DNA from: Parcubacteria group bacterium
Lineage (GTDB): Bacteria > Patescibacteriota > Patescibacteriia > UBA9934 > GWF2-40-263
Assembly: GCA_013204395.1 (NCBI GenBank)
Contig: JABMNZ010000014.1
Location: forward strand, 1-58,618
Direction: 5' to 3'
DNA length: 58,618 nucleotides
The position numbers were made by a program, and so were the translations under genes. The notes under the pieces are model-generated. The model did not search any database, was not told where the DNA came from, and saw nothing but the letters and a program-made list of their open reading frames with translations. This document shows positions 1 through 8,446 of this stretch, piece by piece (positions within the stretch are counted from its first letter, which is position 1; each line of letters begins with the position of its first letter).

Positions 1-1
1 T

Positions 2-475
2 AAACAAAACAGAGAACGCAAGAAAGCAGAAACAATTAGTAAGCGTCAAGAAAAACAAAAAACGACGCTCATTGAGTTTCTTCAAGAATCTCCAAACATT
101 GGAACCGCTTTGTCTAAAGTAGGAATCAATCGCTCAACCTATAGCAGGTGGAGATCAAGTGATCCTGTATTCACCACGGAAGCAGATCATGCAATTGAGC
201 AAGGTATTGCAAAAACAGCAGATGTTGTTGAGATTGCTCTTCTCAACAAGGCACGCGACGGAGACGTACGTGCACAAAAATATTATCTCGACAACAATCA
301 TGATCGCTATAAACCCAGACATTTGAATGATGCTTTCAACGAGCATGTGTTAACAGAAGAGCGAAAGAAGCAGATTGCTGACGCGATGAGAAATTGGAGC
401 ATGCCAACAGAGGGTGACGAGCGAGACGAGGATTATTATTTGGGCAGTGGACCTGATGCACCATTAACCGAATAA
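2..475 (+). CDS. Phage-type HTH protein (phBC6A51-like / terminase small subunit-like), 5' truncated by the window edge
   Basis: Frame is open from base 2 (KQNRERKK...ESPNIGTALSKVGINRSTYSRWRSSDPVF...VEIALLNKARDGDVRAQKYYL). HTH followed by a helical segment, as in small terminase-like proteins. Confidence 0.6.
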   Translation, partial: KQNRERKKAETISKRQEKQKTTLIEFLQESPNIGTALSKVGINRSTYSRWRSSDPVFTTEADHAIEQGIAKTADVVEIALLNKARDGDVRAQKYYLDNNHDRYKPRHLNDAFNEHVLTEERKKQIADAMRNWSMPTEGDERDEDYYLGSGPDAPLTE

Positions 476-1075
476 TGAATCGATCACGTTCTTCAAGTGA
501 TCAAACGTAACAGGTTTGATGTCGTGTTTTTGTAGAGTCAATAATGAAATCGCGCTCTTATCTTTGGATATCGTCTTGAGTATCTCTTTTGAAAGCACAT
601 AGAAACACCATTGATCTAAATTGAGAATGTCTAACGTCTCCGTTTCTGTATGGTTCAAAAGTGCGAGGACATAAATATCTGACTTGTATTCTTTCTGCTC
701 ATCTTTATTAAAGTCGCCAACAGCAGATGACCAGTAAAGTGACTTAGCCTTAAGACCTGCCCATCTAATGATTGAAAGTTTTGGTTGATCCCAGTCCTGA
801 AGATAGGAGCAAGACTTTACTTCAATCTTTTTGCTTTTGTATTCGACATCATAGTCTCCCCACGGATTACGGATCTCAATTTCGGTGAGTTCTTTAAGAG
901 CACACTCAACAAGGAATTCAGCCAACGAACCACGTAGAACATTGGAATTGAGATTCGAGAATCCATACTCCCAAAAATCTAAAACAGTGAATGGTCTAGT
1001 TGTGTGGTTAGAAAAATGCTCGTCGCCTGAGAGTTTGGTGACAGGTTTGCGAACGTAGGTTTTTTCGGTGTCCAT
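464..1075 (-). CDS. Putative PD-(D/E)XK restriction-endonuclease-like protein
   Basis: Motifs RGSLAEFLV, WGDYDV and IEVKS fit the E...D...E-x-K catalytic core. Confidence 0.6.
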   Translation of the reverse strand: MDTEKTYVRKPVTKLSGDEHFSNHTTRPFTVLDFWEYGFSNLNSNVLRGSLAEFLVECALKELTEIEIRNPWGDYDVEYKSKKIEVKSCSYLQDWDQPKLSIIRWAGLKAKSLYWSSAVGDFNKDEQKEYKSDIYVLALLNHTETETLDILNLDQWCFYVLSKEILKTISKDKSAISLLTLQKHDIKPVTFDHLKNVIDSLFG

Positions 1076-1138
1076 GAAATGAAGTGAGTGATTAAATAAA
1101 TAAGATCGCAGTAGCCAATCGTATCTTGATTTACGAAT

Positions 1139-2191
1139 TTAAGACAAAAGTTCCTCGATAACATGAAGAAACGGAGAGGTCTTCGGCAACCATTCCTCTG
1201 GGAAAACGCTTGGTTTGGATTCTTTATAATTCTCTAAAAATGAGAAGCCGATCGTTTCCAATTTTTCTTTGAATAGCTCGGCGAGCCGTTTCTCCATCCA
1301 CTCGAAATTGAATATAAGTCTCTTGTCCGTTGAAAGAGTGAACAGCGACCGTTCGCAGATCGTTCCAAAAATAGGGATGAACGTTCCATAGGCACCTGTT
1401 CCGAAACGAATTTCGCTGGCGTGCTGTTTTGAAAAAGCATAGATCTGTTCGAAGCCTCTGTACTCGTCTGAAGAGAGTCTTTGCTTTGCATCCTGAAGCA
1501 TCATTTCCTCCGTCCATTTTCTCCGAGTAATGTTTGATTTAGATACAGAGATATCTTTCTTTACTTCCGTGCCAAATATTTTTTGAATAATAATTTCGTA
1601 CGTATCGTGCTTGTAGTATTCAAATTCAACCGCATATACATCGAACTGACTATTTTGATTTACATACAAGATAAGATCTTTGAGCCTATCATCTAATTTG
1701 TCCATCAATACGACAAAATGAAATACTCCATTATTAAGATTGTCCTGAATTTTCTCGATAACCGCATTCATTTCTTCTGTCTCAAGTTCAAAAAATTCAC
1801 TGATCTTTTCCGTAGCACGGAGTTTAAATTCCTTTTGCGTATGTTGATCTAAGATTCTCAAAAATTCATTAAAATCATTTGCGTGTTTCCACAATGCTGC
1901 TCCGTAATCCAGTGATTGGGCAATTACCCGTCTTTTGTCCGCATTTGCATACAGCTTTGTCTCAACAATATAAATCTCTCCGTACTTATCAATACCGATC
2001 GCATCAATAGGACCACTATTGGTAGGAAATTCTCGTGCGAGAATTAATAGACTTATATCTTCTTTGATTTCATATAAAGGAATACTCTCTGGATTCTCGT
2101 AGATATACTTCTGTAAATAATCCTCCTTCTCAAAGGAAGATTTCTTTACTTTCACAGCTTTTTCGCCGTGAGATGAAATGATGATAGCCAT
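1139..2191 (-). CDS. NucS/DUF91-like PD-(D/E)XK endonuclease with an extra C-terminal domain
   Basis: EDYLQKYIYENP, AREFPTNSGPIDAIGID, IVETK, VIAQSLDY. Confidence 0.7.
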   Translation of the reverse strand: MAIIISSHGEKAVKVKKSSFEKEDYLQKYIYENPESIPLYEIKEDISLLILAREFPTNSGPIDAIGIDKYGEIYIVETKLYANADKRRVIAQSLDYGAALWKHANDFNEFLRILDQHTQKEFKLRATEKISEFFELETEEMNAVIEKIQDNLNNGVFHFVVLMDKLDDRLKDLILYVNQNSQFDVYAVEFEYYKHDTYEIIIQKIFGTEVKKDISVSKSNITRRKWTEEMMLQDAKQRLSSDEYRGFEQIYAFSKQHASEIRFGTGAYGTFIPIFGTICERSLFTLSTDKRLIFNFEWMEKRLAELFKEKLETIGFSFLENYKESKPSVFPEEWLPKTSPFLHVIEELLS

Positions 2192-2280
2192 AGTGTTCTA
2201 CATGAAAATAATTTACGAATCGTGAGTTTTTAACAGGTTTCGAGTGCAAGCCTTTCGTTGCTCATGAAAGAAAACTCTAA

Positions 2281-2430
2281 AAACAAAAAGGACACCCCTG
2301 AGGTGTCTAGACCCAAACAATAAAACCCTAAGGTCGTACTGCTTGTTTTATCAGGTGTGCCCGTTACGACGCACTACGACCTGATAAGCTAAAATAGCCT
2401 TTATAGGTTTTTTTGTTTGAATCTAGACAA
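2281..2430 (-). ncRNA. Candidate structured leader RNA/attenuator upstream of the NucS-like gene
   Basis: Long imperfect inverted repeat 2304..2429 overlaps a terminator hairpin (2291-2296/2302-2307) with a U-tract. A TATACT -10-like hexamer lies just upstream on the minus strand. Confidence 0.55.
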
Positions 2431-2473
2431 TGAAAGTATAACTTAGGATGACCTTAAAGTGAAGCATTGTTTT

Positions 2474-3553
2474 CTATGTTCGTTTTATGTTCGGTATATT
2501 TTCTATTTCAATGACTTTTCGCAACTGTTCGTCAGATGTGTAGCCAATTAACTGCCCTGTGATAGCACCGAGTGTAGATTCAAGTGATGATTTAACTAAT
2601 CGCCAGTTTGTGGTGCGAAGAGATCTGATGAGAGCTTTCTCGACAATTTTCTTTGATTCCTTGTCTGCACGATCTTGCATTGAATCAAGTATTGTAATCG
2701 TCACTTTTAAACCCCTCTCATTCGTTGGTTGAGACAAATCCACCTTGGTCATACCAAGCTTCTCTAAGGGCTTTGTTATGCGTTCTTGTAGACCCATAAC
2801 ACGTAGTCGCTTCAGTGATTCCATTCGTTCATTTGTCTTTGTATCTTCTTGTTGAGCCTTAGTCCGCTTCATCATGTCTTCAAAAGTTTTCATATCACGT
2901 TTCATCTGTCGATATGATTCAAGACCCTTTTCATCTAAACAATATTCTTTTCGAAGAATCTCATCTATTGGATCCTCTTTCTTTTCTTTGTGAGAAAAAT
3001 CATGCTTATCAATTTCTTTGGTACCACAAAGTTTACATGTCCAAGTGATAGTGGTCGTAATACCTTCTCGATTAACATCTGAATCAGTTTCACCATCACA
3101 TTTTTTACACAGTGTTGGTTTTGAAATATATTCCTCTCCATTATTAAAGAATGCTCGATTGGGTAGACAATTATTTGGGCAAGAATAAAACAGGAGCACT
3201 CGCTCCTGTTCATCCATAGCTGAATAGTATGTTTTGAAATCGAAGTTTAAAAATGAATCACAAGTAAAACAATTAATGTCAGTTCTTGGTTTAGCGGATT
3301 CTAAAAGATCCGCTCTTCGTTTATCTTTTTCCGCCCATTCACGTAAATATTTTTCTTTCCTTTCTGCATTGCTACCCTTGATAGCAATCATCGCAATATT
3401 TCGTACGATATGATACGAGCTCACAGCTTTTTCTCGCTCAGGATCATACTCAGATACCTTAGCTAATGTTTCTTCCAAAGCATGTTCAACTCGAACACAT
3501 TCCTTAATAGTTTGACGATCGTAAATATCGTTATAGTCAGTCTCTGAAGTCAT
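2474..3553 (-). CDS. Hypothetical zinc-finger protein (four Cys pairs)
   Basis: CFTC, CPNNC, CKKC and CKLC motifs; start overlaps the stop of the upstream HEPN gene by 4 bp. Confidence 0.75.
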   Translation of the reverse strand: MTSETDYNDIYDRQTIKECVRVEHALEETLAKVSEYDPEREKAVSSYHIVRNIAMIAIKGSNAERKEKYLREWAEKDKRRADLLESAKPRTDINCFTCDSFLNFDFKTYYSAMDEQERVLLFYSCPNNCLPNRAFFNNGEEYISKPTLCKKCDGETDSDVNREGITTTITWTCKLCGTKEIDKHDFSHKEKKEDPIDEILRKEYCLDEKGLESYRQMKRDMKTFEDMMKRTKAQQEDTKTNERMESLKRLRVMGLQERITKPLEKLGMTKVDLSQPTNERGLKVTITILDSMQDRADKESKKIVEKALIRSLRTTNWRLVKSSLESTLGAITGQLIGYTSDEQLRKVIEIENIPNIKRT

Positions 3554-4584
3554 AAAGCTTCGCGCCAGGATTGATACTCCTGATCTATGTATGATCGAAG
3601 CCGGTCAAGATTCTGAATATTATTTTGTGCAACCACCTCAATGATTTTCATAAAGTACTCATATGCCCACCATTCGAAAGAGGATATATTTTCATCCACG
3701 GTAATAATGTTCGCTTCGTGTGATATGTTGCAGCGTATTTTGTACCACCTTGTGAAATCACTATAAGCAGAGCAAGCATAAGGAAAATTTAATGCTTTTA
3801 AGCCCCCTGTGAATTCATCAGAATTGTTTGACGTAAGGATTGGACAGAGACATTTTATACCTGGATGCAAAAAAGCATGAGAAATCATCGTGCATTGCCG
3901 TGTGAGAGTAAACTTTTTAAAAGAACCATGCTTCTTGAGAAGTAGAACCTCAAATCCGGTCATGATCTTAGTAAATCTGTACTGCGGTTTTAGCTCAAGA
4001 GCGCCTTCATAGATGAGGCCAATGGCTTTCATAATACGATTTTCAATATCGTTTCTCTTTGCAGATGCTGCTAGCTTAGATAGAAATTGAAAATCGTCCC
4101 TCGCTTGAATTTTTCGTATCGAAGAATTGTTAAAGCTCCACTCTGCAAAATTACCTTCTCTTCGGAAGCCATATGATTGTTTTGAGCCTTCTATTGCGGC
4201 AATGAAATTTTGAAACGATGGCGCATCACTTGGGAGTCCAAAAATCTGATGATTAACGGATGATCTACCTGCTATCTGTTTCTGCATGAGGTACAAAATG
4301 GACATTGATTCTCGAATCGAATTCTCAATATTTGTACGATCTTTTGGAATTAGCTTGTCACCAGATCGCTCAATCTCAAGTTCTGCGAACGCGGATTTGT
4401 CTAAGTTATTTTGCACGTCGGTCACAGCGTCTAACCGAGAAAAAGTTTTGGCAACTAACTCGGCTGATCCCGCGGGATGTATGGTAACTCTACCAACTTT
4501 GATATCAGATTCAACGTTCAAATTAACAAGAGGAATGTAGAGCTTTGTGGTTTGTTTCGGTTTATCTTTTAAAAGTTCATTCAT
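3550..4584 (-). CDS. HEPN-domain protein (ApeA-like putative RNase)
   Basis: C-terminal helical domain with MTGFEVLL and an R-x4-H motif (IRCNISH); beta-rich N-terminal domain. Confidence 0.65.
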   Translation of the reverse strand: MNELLKDKPKQTTKLYIPLVNLNVESDIKVGRVTIHPAGSAELVAKTFSRLDAVTDVQNNLDKSAFAELEIERSGDKLIPKDRTNIENSIRESMSILYLMQKQIAGRSSVNHQIFGLPSDAPSFQNFIAAIEGSKQSYGFRREGNFAEWSFNNSSIRKIQARDDFQFLSKLAASAKRNDIENRIMKAIGLIYEGALELKPQYRFTKIMTGFEVLLLKKHGSFKKFTLTRQCTMISHAFLHPGIKCLCPILTSNNSDEFTGGLKALNFPYACSAYSDFTRWYKIRCNISHEANIITVDENISSFEWWAYEYFMKIIEVVAQNNIQNLDRLRSYIDQEYQSWREAL

Positions 4585-5741
4585 TTGAGATTTTTATAAT
4601 AATCTAAGTAGCGCTTCTTCACATCAGTCAACAAATCTGTGTAGGTCTTTATTTTGAACTGACTCGCACGATACTTCATGCGTTTTCTCAGTTCTGGATC
4701 AATTTTTTTTCCAACTAAATAAGCTTCAAATTTGTTTACCGACCCTCCTGTATGTGACTCAATGATTGCAAGGTATGTTTCTAATTGGTTCAAGTCTTCA
4801 ACTTTTAGAGTATGGCTCGGTCGTTTTATTTCAATGATGATCACTTTTTCTCCTATTGATCCACATACAAAGTCAGGGCGCTTTTTCTTATGTTTTCTAT
4901 CCTTTTCAAGTGTGTCTCCAACAATGGTCAGTAATGCCTGATTACTGTGCATTAGCCAGTATCGTTCATCCACAATCCACATGGCCTTCTCGAGAATACG
5001 GTGAATCGAGCCATCTCCACGGATCTCGTAGGTTTTATCATTCAAAATTGCATTCTCAAAAATATCTAAGGTATCGATACGGTGTTTGACTTCAAGTGTA
5101 ACTGCATTAACCTGCTTCAGGTTCCATTGACTTAAAATGTTCTCCAGATCTTCGATGGCCCGCTTTCCCTGCTTTGGTAACTTCTTTATTAGGCTTTTGA
5201 TAGCAGCAACGATCTCAGAATCGACTCCCTTTATAGTGGCTACAAGATCCGCTGTTGCAGATATCGCTTCGGGTAAATCTTCTTCCTTTATCAACTTAAA
5301 ATTCAATTCACTTAAAACCTTTTTTGCTAACTCAGGATGCTGCTTGGCCATTAATTTTGCAGCACTGTCGCTGTCTCCCATTTTTGCTGTACTAACAATG
5401 TCCGCTCTAGTTTTCCAACCCATGTGACCCCATAGACGATTACAAACAATATCTTGAATCATTTCCCACTCTTCGGGTTTGTTGATGTGCATCGTCGCAC
5501 TGGCGCCAGGCCACCATTTGTAGAGAGTTATACGTCTATCTGGTGCATTGTCACCATACAACTCTTTATTTGGTTCCGTGATTTGAACGCAGAACTGACG
5601 ATTGATCTTTTCAATTTTTTTAACCCATTCAGGTGCAAATTTATCTGAGCCACAACTACATACATCCGCATTTGGCTTATTTTCTATCAAACATTTTTGA
5701 CAGAGCTTATAGGGTTTGTTCTTTGTTTTTTTCTTTTGCAT
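4581..5741 (-). CDS. Zn-ribbon + helical linker + PD-(D/E)XK nuclease (Shedu/Mrr-like catalytic domain)
   Basis: N-terminal CQKC...CSCG; C-terminal IHRILEKAMWI, RPDFV, IIEIKRP, QLETY. Confidence 0.7.
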   Translation of the reverse strand: MQKKKTKNKPYKLCQKCLIENKPNADVCSCGSDKFAPEWVKKIEKINRQFCVQITEPNKELYGDNAPDRRITLYKWWPGASATMHINKPEEWEMIQDIVCNRLWGHMGWKTRADIVSTAKMGDSDSAAKLMAKQHPELAKKVLSELNFKLIKEEDLPEAISATADLVATIKGVDSEIVAAIKSLIKKLPKQGKRAIEDLENILSQWNLKQVNAVTLEVKHRIDTLDIFENAILNDKTYEIRGDGSIHRILEKAMWIVDERYWLMHSNQALLTIVGDTLEKDRKHKKKRPDFVCGSIGEKVIIIEIKRPSHTLKVEDLNQLETYLAIIESHTGGSVNKFEAYLVGKKIDPELRKRMKYRASQFKIKTYTDLLTDVKKRYLDYYKNLK

Positions 5742-5742
5742 A

Positions 5743-7200
5743 TCACAACTTTTTTAAAAACCGATAAATCTCCACCATTGCAAATGTATCGAGTTTGCAA
5801 TATTGGAGCATGTCTTTGCGAAGTTGCTCTCTTTTTTTAGAATCCAAATCTGGATCTATAAGAACCTGCCAACTTGCTGATGCTGTACCACCTTCTTGTA
5901 TATTCAAATCCTTATAAGATAATTCGGGCACGAGAACAGGAAGAACTTTTTTTATGGAAGCACTCCCACCAAAACGAGAGTCGACATAATATCCCTGCTT
6001 CACAATCTGCATCAGATCAAACATTCGGTTGTTGATGTCATTAAAAAAGTTTGCGTATTCAGGAACTTGTTTACCGATGAGCTTATTGCAAGCAATCTCA
6101 AACACAGCGTTCCACGCGATGAACGAACCTTTGTCACCAACATGTTCCCTCAAAGCTTTTGCAAGATAAGGCGCAGGGTTTTCATTGTGATCAGCCAGGA
6201 ACTCCACGTGTTCAAGCTTGCTGTTTGGTTCTCGTAAAATATGTAATGAATATTGAAATGGAATTTGGTTATAAGGTCGATATCCATCAAAAGGAGGAAT
6301 CGCGGGATGTACTGTCTCGTAGTCAAAAAAGTAAAGTGGATATTCAAGTTTTGAAAGCTCGTCTTCGATGTTTTCTTTTTCAATGTGAACCGTAGGATTC
6401 CCGTCTTTTAAGGGAACCTTAAGATCACTAAGAGACCCAAGCAGTTCAGGGGGTATTTGAGAAGGTTGGATCAGCCCAGTTTCAAGAAACACTTTTAGTT
6501 TTTCTTGTGATAACTGCGGTGCAATGGAGTAGATGTCATCATCTCTCAGCTCGGTAATGTAACAAGAAAGATATTCACATTTGTTTGGCTTGCGACATGA
6601 CTTAAGATGAATTGCACCAGGAGACATCGGCCACCTTATAACCTTGATTGCCTCTGGTATGAGCTGTCTAACCTTTGGAATGAGCACCAGCGCCTCGTCT
6701 GTTACATCCTCCACTGTAAACAGCCTTTGTGGATCAATTTCCCCTTGGCGTACATATTGATTATTGATATGCACAATAAAAGTCTTACTAATAGTAAGGC
6801 CTGAGTCTTCAAGACAAATCCGTTGAAATGCCACATCAATCTTATGCTCATCTTTAACAGACGTTGAACTCTTTACTTCATAAATTTCCCAAGCATCACC
6901 ATTTTTCACAATGATGTCAGAACGACAGGAAAGATCTTTTGTAAAAAACGTTGGTTGAAAAATTACAGTCTCACCCTCTTTAATCGCTTGCTTGGTTTTG
7001 CGAACAGCCGGAGCACCAAATCCATCTACTGAAACACCTTCCGGAAAAAGCTTCTGTGCAAATGAATCGACAATATTTCCATCGTCAAACAAGCGCTGTA
7101 GATCAGCACTGATAGGAGGTGCTAAATCTTTACGTTGTTTCATGATCCACAGTTCACATGTGCACCGCAAAAACTGCATGTAGTTGGATTTTGTGATCAT
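5743..7200 (-). CDS. DUF2779-domain protein (RecB/Cas4-like nuclease N-domain + DEDD/RNase H-like C-domain)
   Basis: ITKSNYMQFLRC, RSDII, YEVKSST, DVAFQ; then YPLYFFDYET, YNQIPFQYSLH, WNAVFE, SASIKKVLP, YCKLDTFAM. Confidence 0.85.
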   Translation of the reverse strand: MITKSNYMQFLRCTCELWIMKQRKDLAPPISADLQRLFDDGNIVDSFAQKLFPEGVSVDGFGAPAVRKTKQAIKEGETVIFQPTFFTKDLSCRSDIIVKNGDAWEIYEVKSSTSVKDEHKIDVAFQRICLEDSGLTISKTFIVHINNQYVRQGEIDPQRLFTVEDVTDEALVLIPKVRQLIPEAIKVIRWPMSPGAIHLKSCRKPNKCEYLSCYITELRDDDIYSIAPQLSQEKLKVFLETGLIQPSQIPPELLGSLSDLKVPLKDGNPTVHIEKENIEDELSKLEYPLYFFDYETVHPAIPPFDGYRPYNQIPFQYSLHILREPNSKLEHVEFLADHNENPAPYLAKALREHVGDKGSFIAWNAVFEIACNKLIGKQVPEYANFFNDINNRMFDLMQIVKQGYYVDSRFGGSASIKKVLPVLVPELSYKDLNIQEGGTASASWQVLIDPDLDSKKREQLRKDMLQYCKLDTFAMVEIYRFLKKL

Positions 7201-7221
7201 AATTAACGCTTTGTAATTCCT

Positions 7222-7557
7222 TTAGTTAGATTCATGCTTTTTGACATAGTCCTTAACTGGAGTTGTAACAGTGTTCAAATTTATGCCTTTGTCTAAACAA
7301 TAGCTTCCTTTAAACCAGTCTGTAATTCTTTTTGCTCCACGACTGGCATTGCAACTGAAACAACAAATAGCGATTGTTGAGATATTGTTCCAAGGTGGAA
7401 GATGGTTTAAGTGTTCAATTGTTGACCAATCACCGCGAAATTCTTCTGACCCTGCTTTCTTCATAGTCTTGTGACAATAAACACAAACAGAATCCCTTGC
7501 ACGTATACTGTCTAATTCTTTTTCGGGTAGTCCATATTTATTTTTCATACCCTTCAT
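7222..7557 (-). CDS. Small HNH endonuclease (Zn-binding)
   Basis: RDSVCVYC, TIEHL, AICCFSCNASRG. Confidence 0.75.
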   Translation of the reverse strand: MKGMKNKYGLPEKELDSIRARDSVCVYCHKTMKKAGSEEFRGDWSTIEHLNHLPPWNNISTIAICCFSCNASRGAKRITDWFKGSYCLDKGINLNTVTTPVKDYVKKHESN

Positions 7558-7772
7558 TTTTTGGCTCTTCTCCTTGCTTCAGAAGCAGTCTTCTTTTTAT
7601 GAGTAGATTTTTTGATGAGATGAAGATTGCTTTGTGTGTCTGTTCCACCATCTACAAGAGGTTTCTTATGATCTATTTCTTTGCCTTTTGGAACTTTCTT
7701 TAACCCCTTCTTCTCTAAAAAATTATTAACGGTCGAAGCTTTGCGTTTTATCTTTGATCCTGGTTTTGTCAT
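7554..7772 (-). CDS. Minimal basic HNH endonuclease
   Basis: EIDHKKPLVDGGTDTQSNLHLIKKSTHKKKT, a classic H-N-H beta-beta-alpha motif. Confidence 0.75.
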   Translation of the reverse strand: MTKPGSKIKRKASTVNNFLEKKGLKKVPKGKEIDHKKPLVDGGTDTQSNLHLIKKSTHKKKTASEARRRAKK

Positions 7773-7832
7773 ATGTAATTTTTATGATTAAAAATAGTAA
7801 GTGGGGCAAGAATGTATCACCCCACTATTTAA

Positions 7833-8117
7833 CTATCCGACTCGTTGATTGCAACGTGGTTGCAATGCAATGATCAACTCTTTCTCTCTATTAGACGGAT
7901 CTCCTGCTGTAACTTCCGCAACCCAATGAGTAGGATTGTGTCTGTTAAGCCCAGGAATGTCACCGTTCAGGTGATCCAGAAGACGTTGTCTAATGTCTCC
8001 TTTACCAACATAGATCCAAAGATTTTGCTGGAAAATGCCGTAGACTCCGATCTGTTCCTTGTTTACCGCTAGAATTGCTTCACGCGAATAAGGACGAGGT
8101 TCTTGCTTAATGAACAT
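7833..8117 (-). CDS. Small GIY-YIG nuclease-family protein
   Basis: GVYGIF, IYVGKG, IRQRLLDH, REKELI, PRCN. Start moved to ATG 8117 because the upstream part is a structured leader. Confidence 0.75.
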   Translation of the reverse strand: MFIKQEPRPYSREAILAVNKEQIGVYGIFQQNLWIYVGKGDIRQRLLDHLNGDIPGLNRHNPTHWVAEVTAGDPSNREKELIIALQPRCNQRVG

Positions 8118-8315
8118 ACTATGGTTTGCGTCTGAGGCGAGACGCGTTGTTATCCACCTCTGCATATATCCCCATGGATGCACCTTCACCAATTTGGCTA
8201 TTTACGCTACAATCGGAGTGCAGATTCCAACTGTAGTAGTTTTTCACCATTTCGATGAGGTGCTGAATTAAAGCGAGAGGCACTAGTTTACGCTAGTGCT
8301 TTTCACTTACAGCAC

Positions 8316-8344
8316 ATTATGTCATGTAACTATATTCAATGCAA
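8316..8344 (-). promoter_or_regulatory. Sigma70-type promoter for the nuclease cluster
   Basis: Minus strand TTGCAT-17 nt-CATAAT with an extended -10 TG. Confidence 0.55.
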
Positions 8345-8446
8345 GAAGAGATAGGATCTATCGCTCAAAGATAGGTCTAGATATATAGCAGATCTAACAC
8401 AATGTGATACTTGACAAGTCAGCTTAATGTAGTAGTATATAATCAT

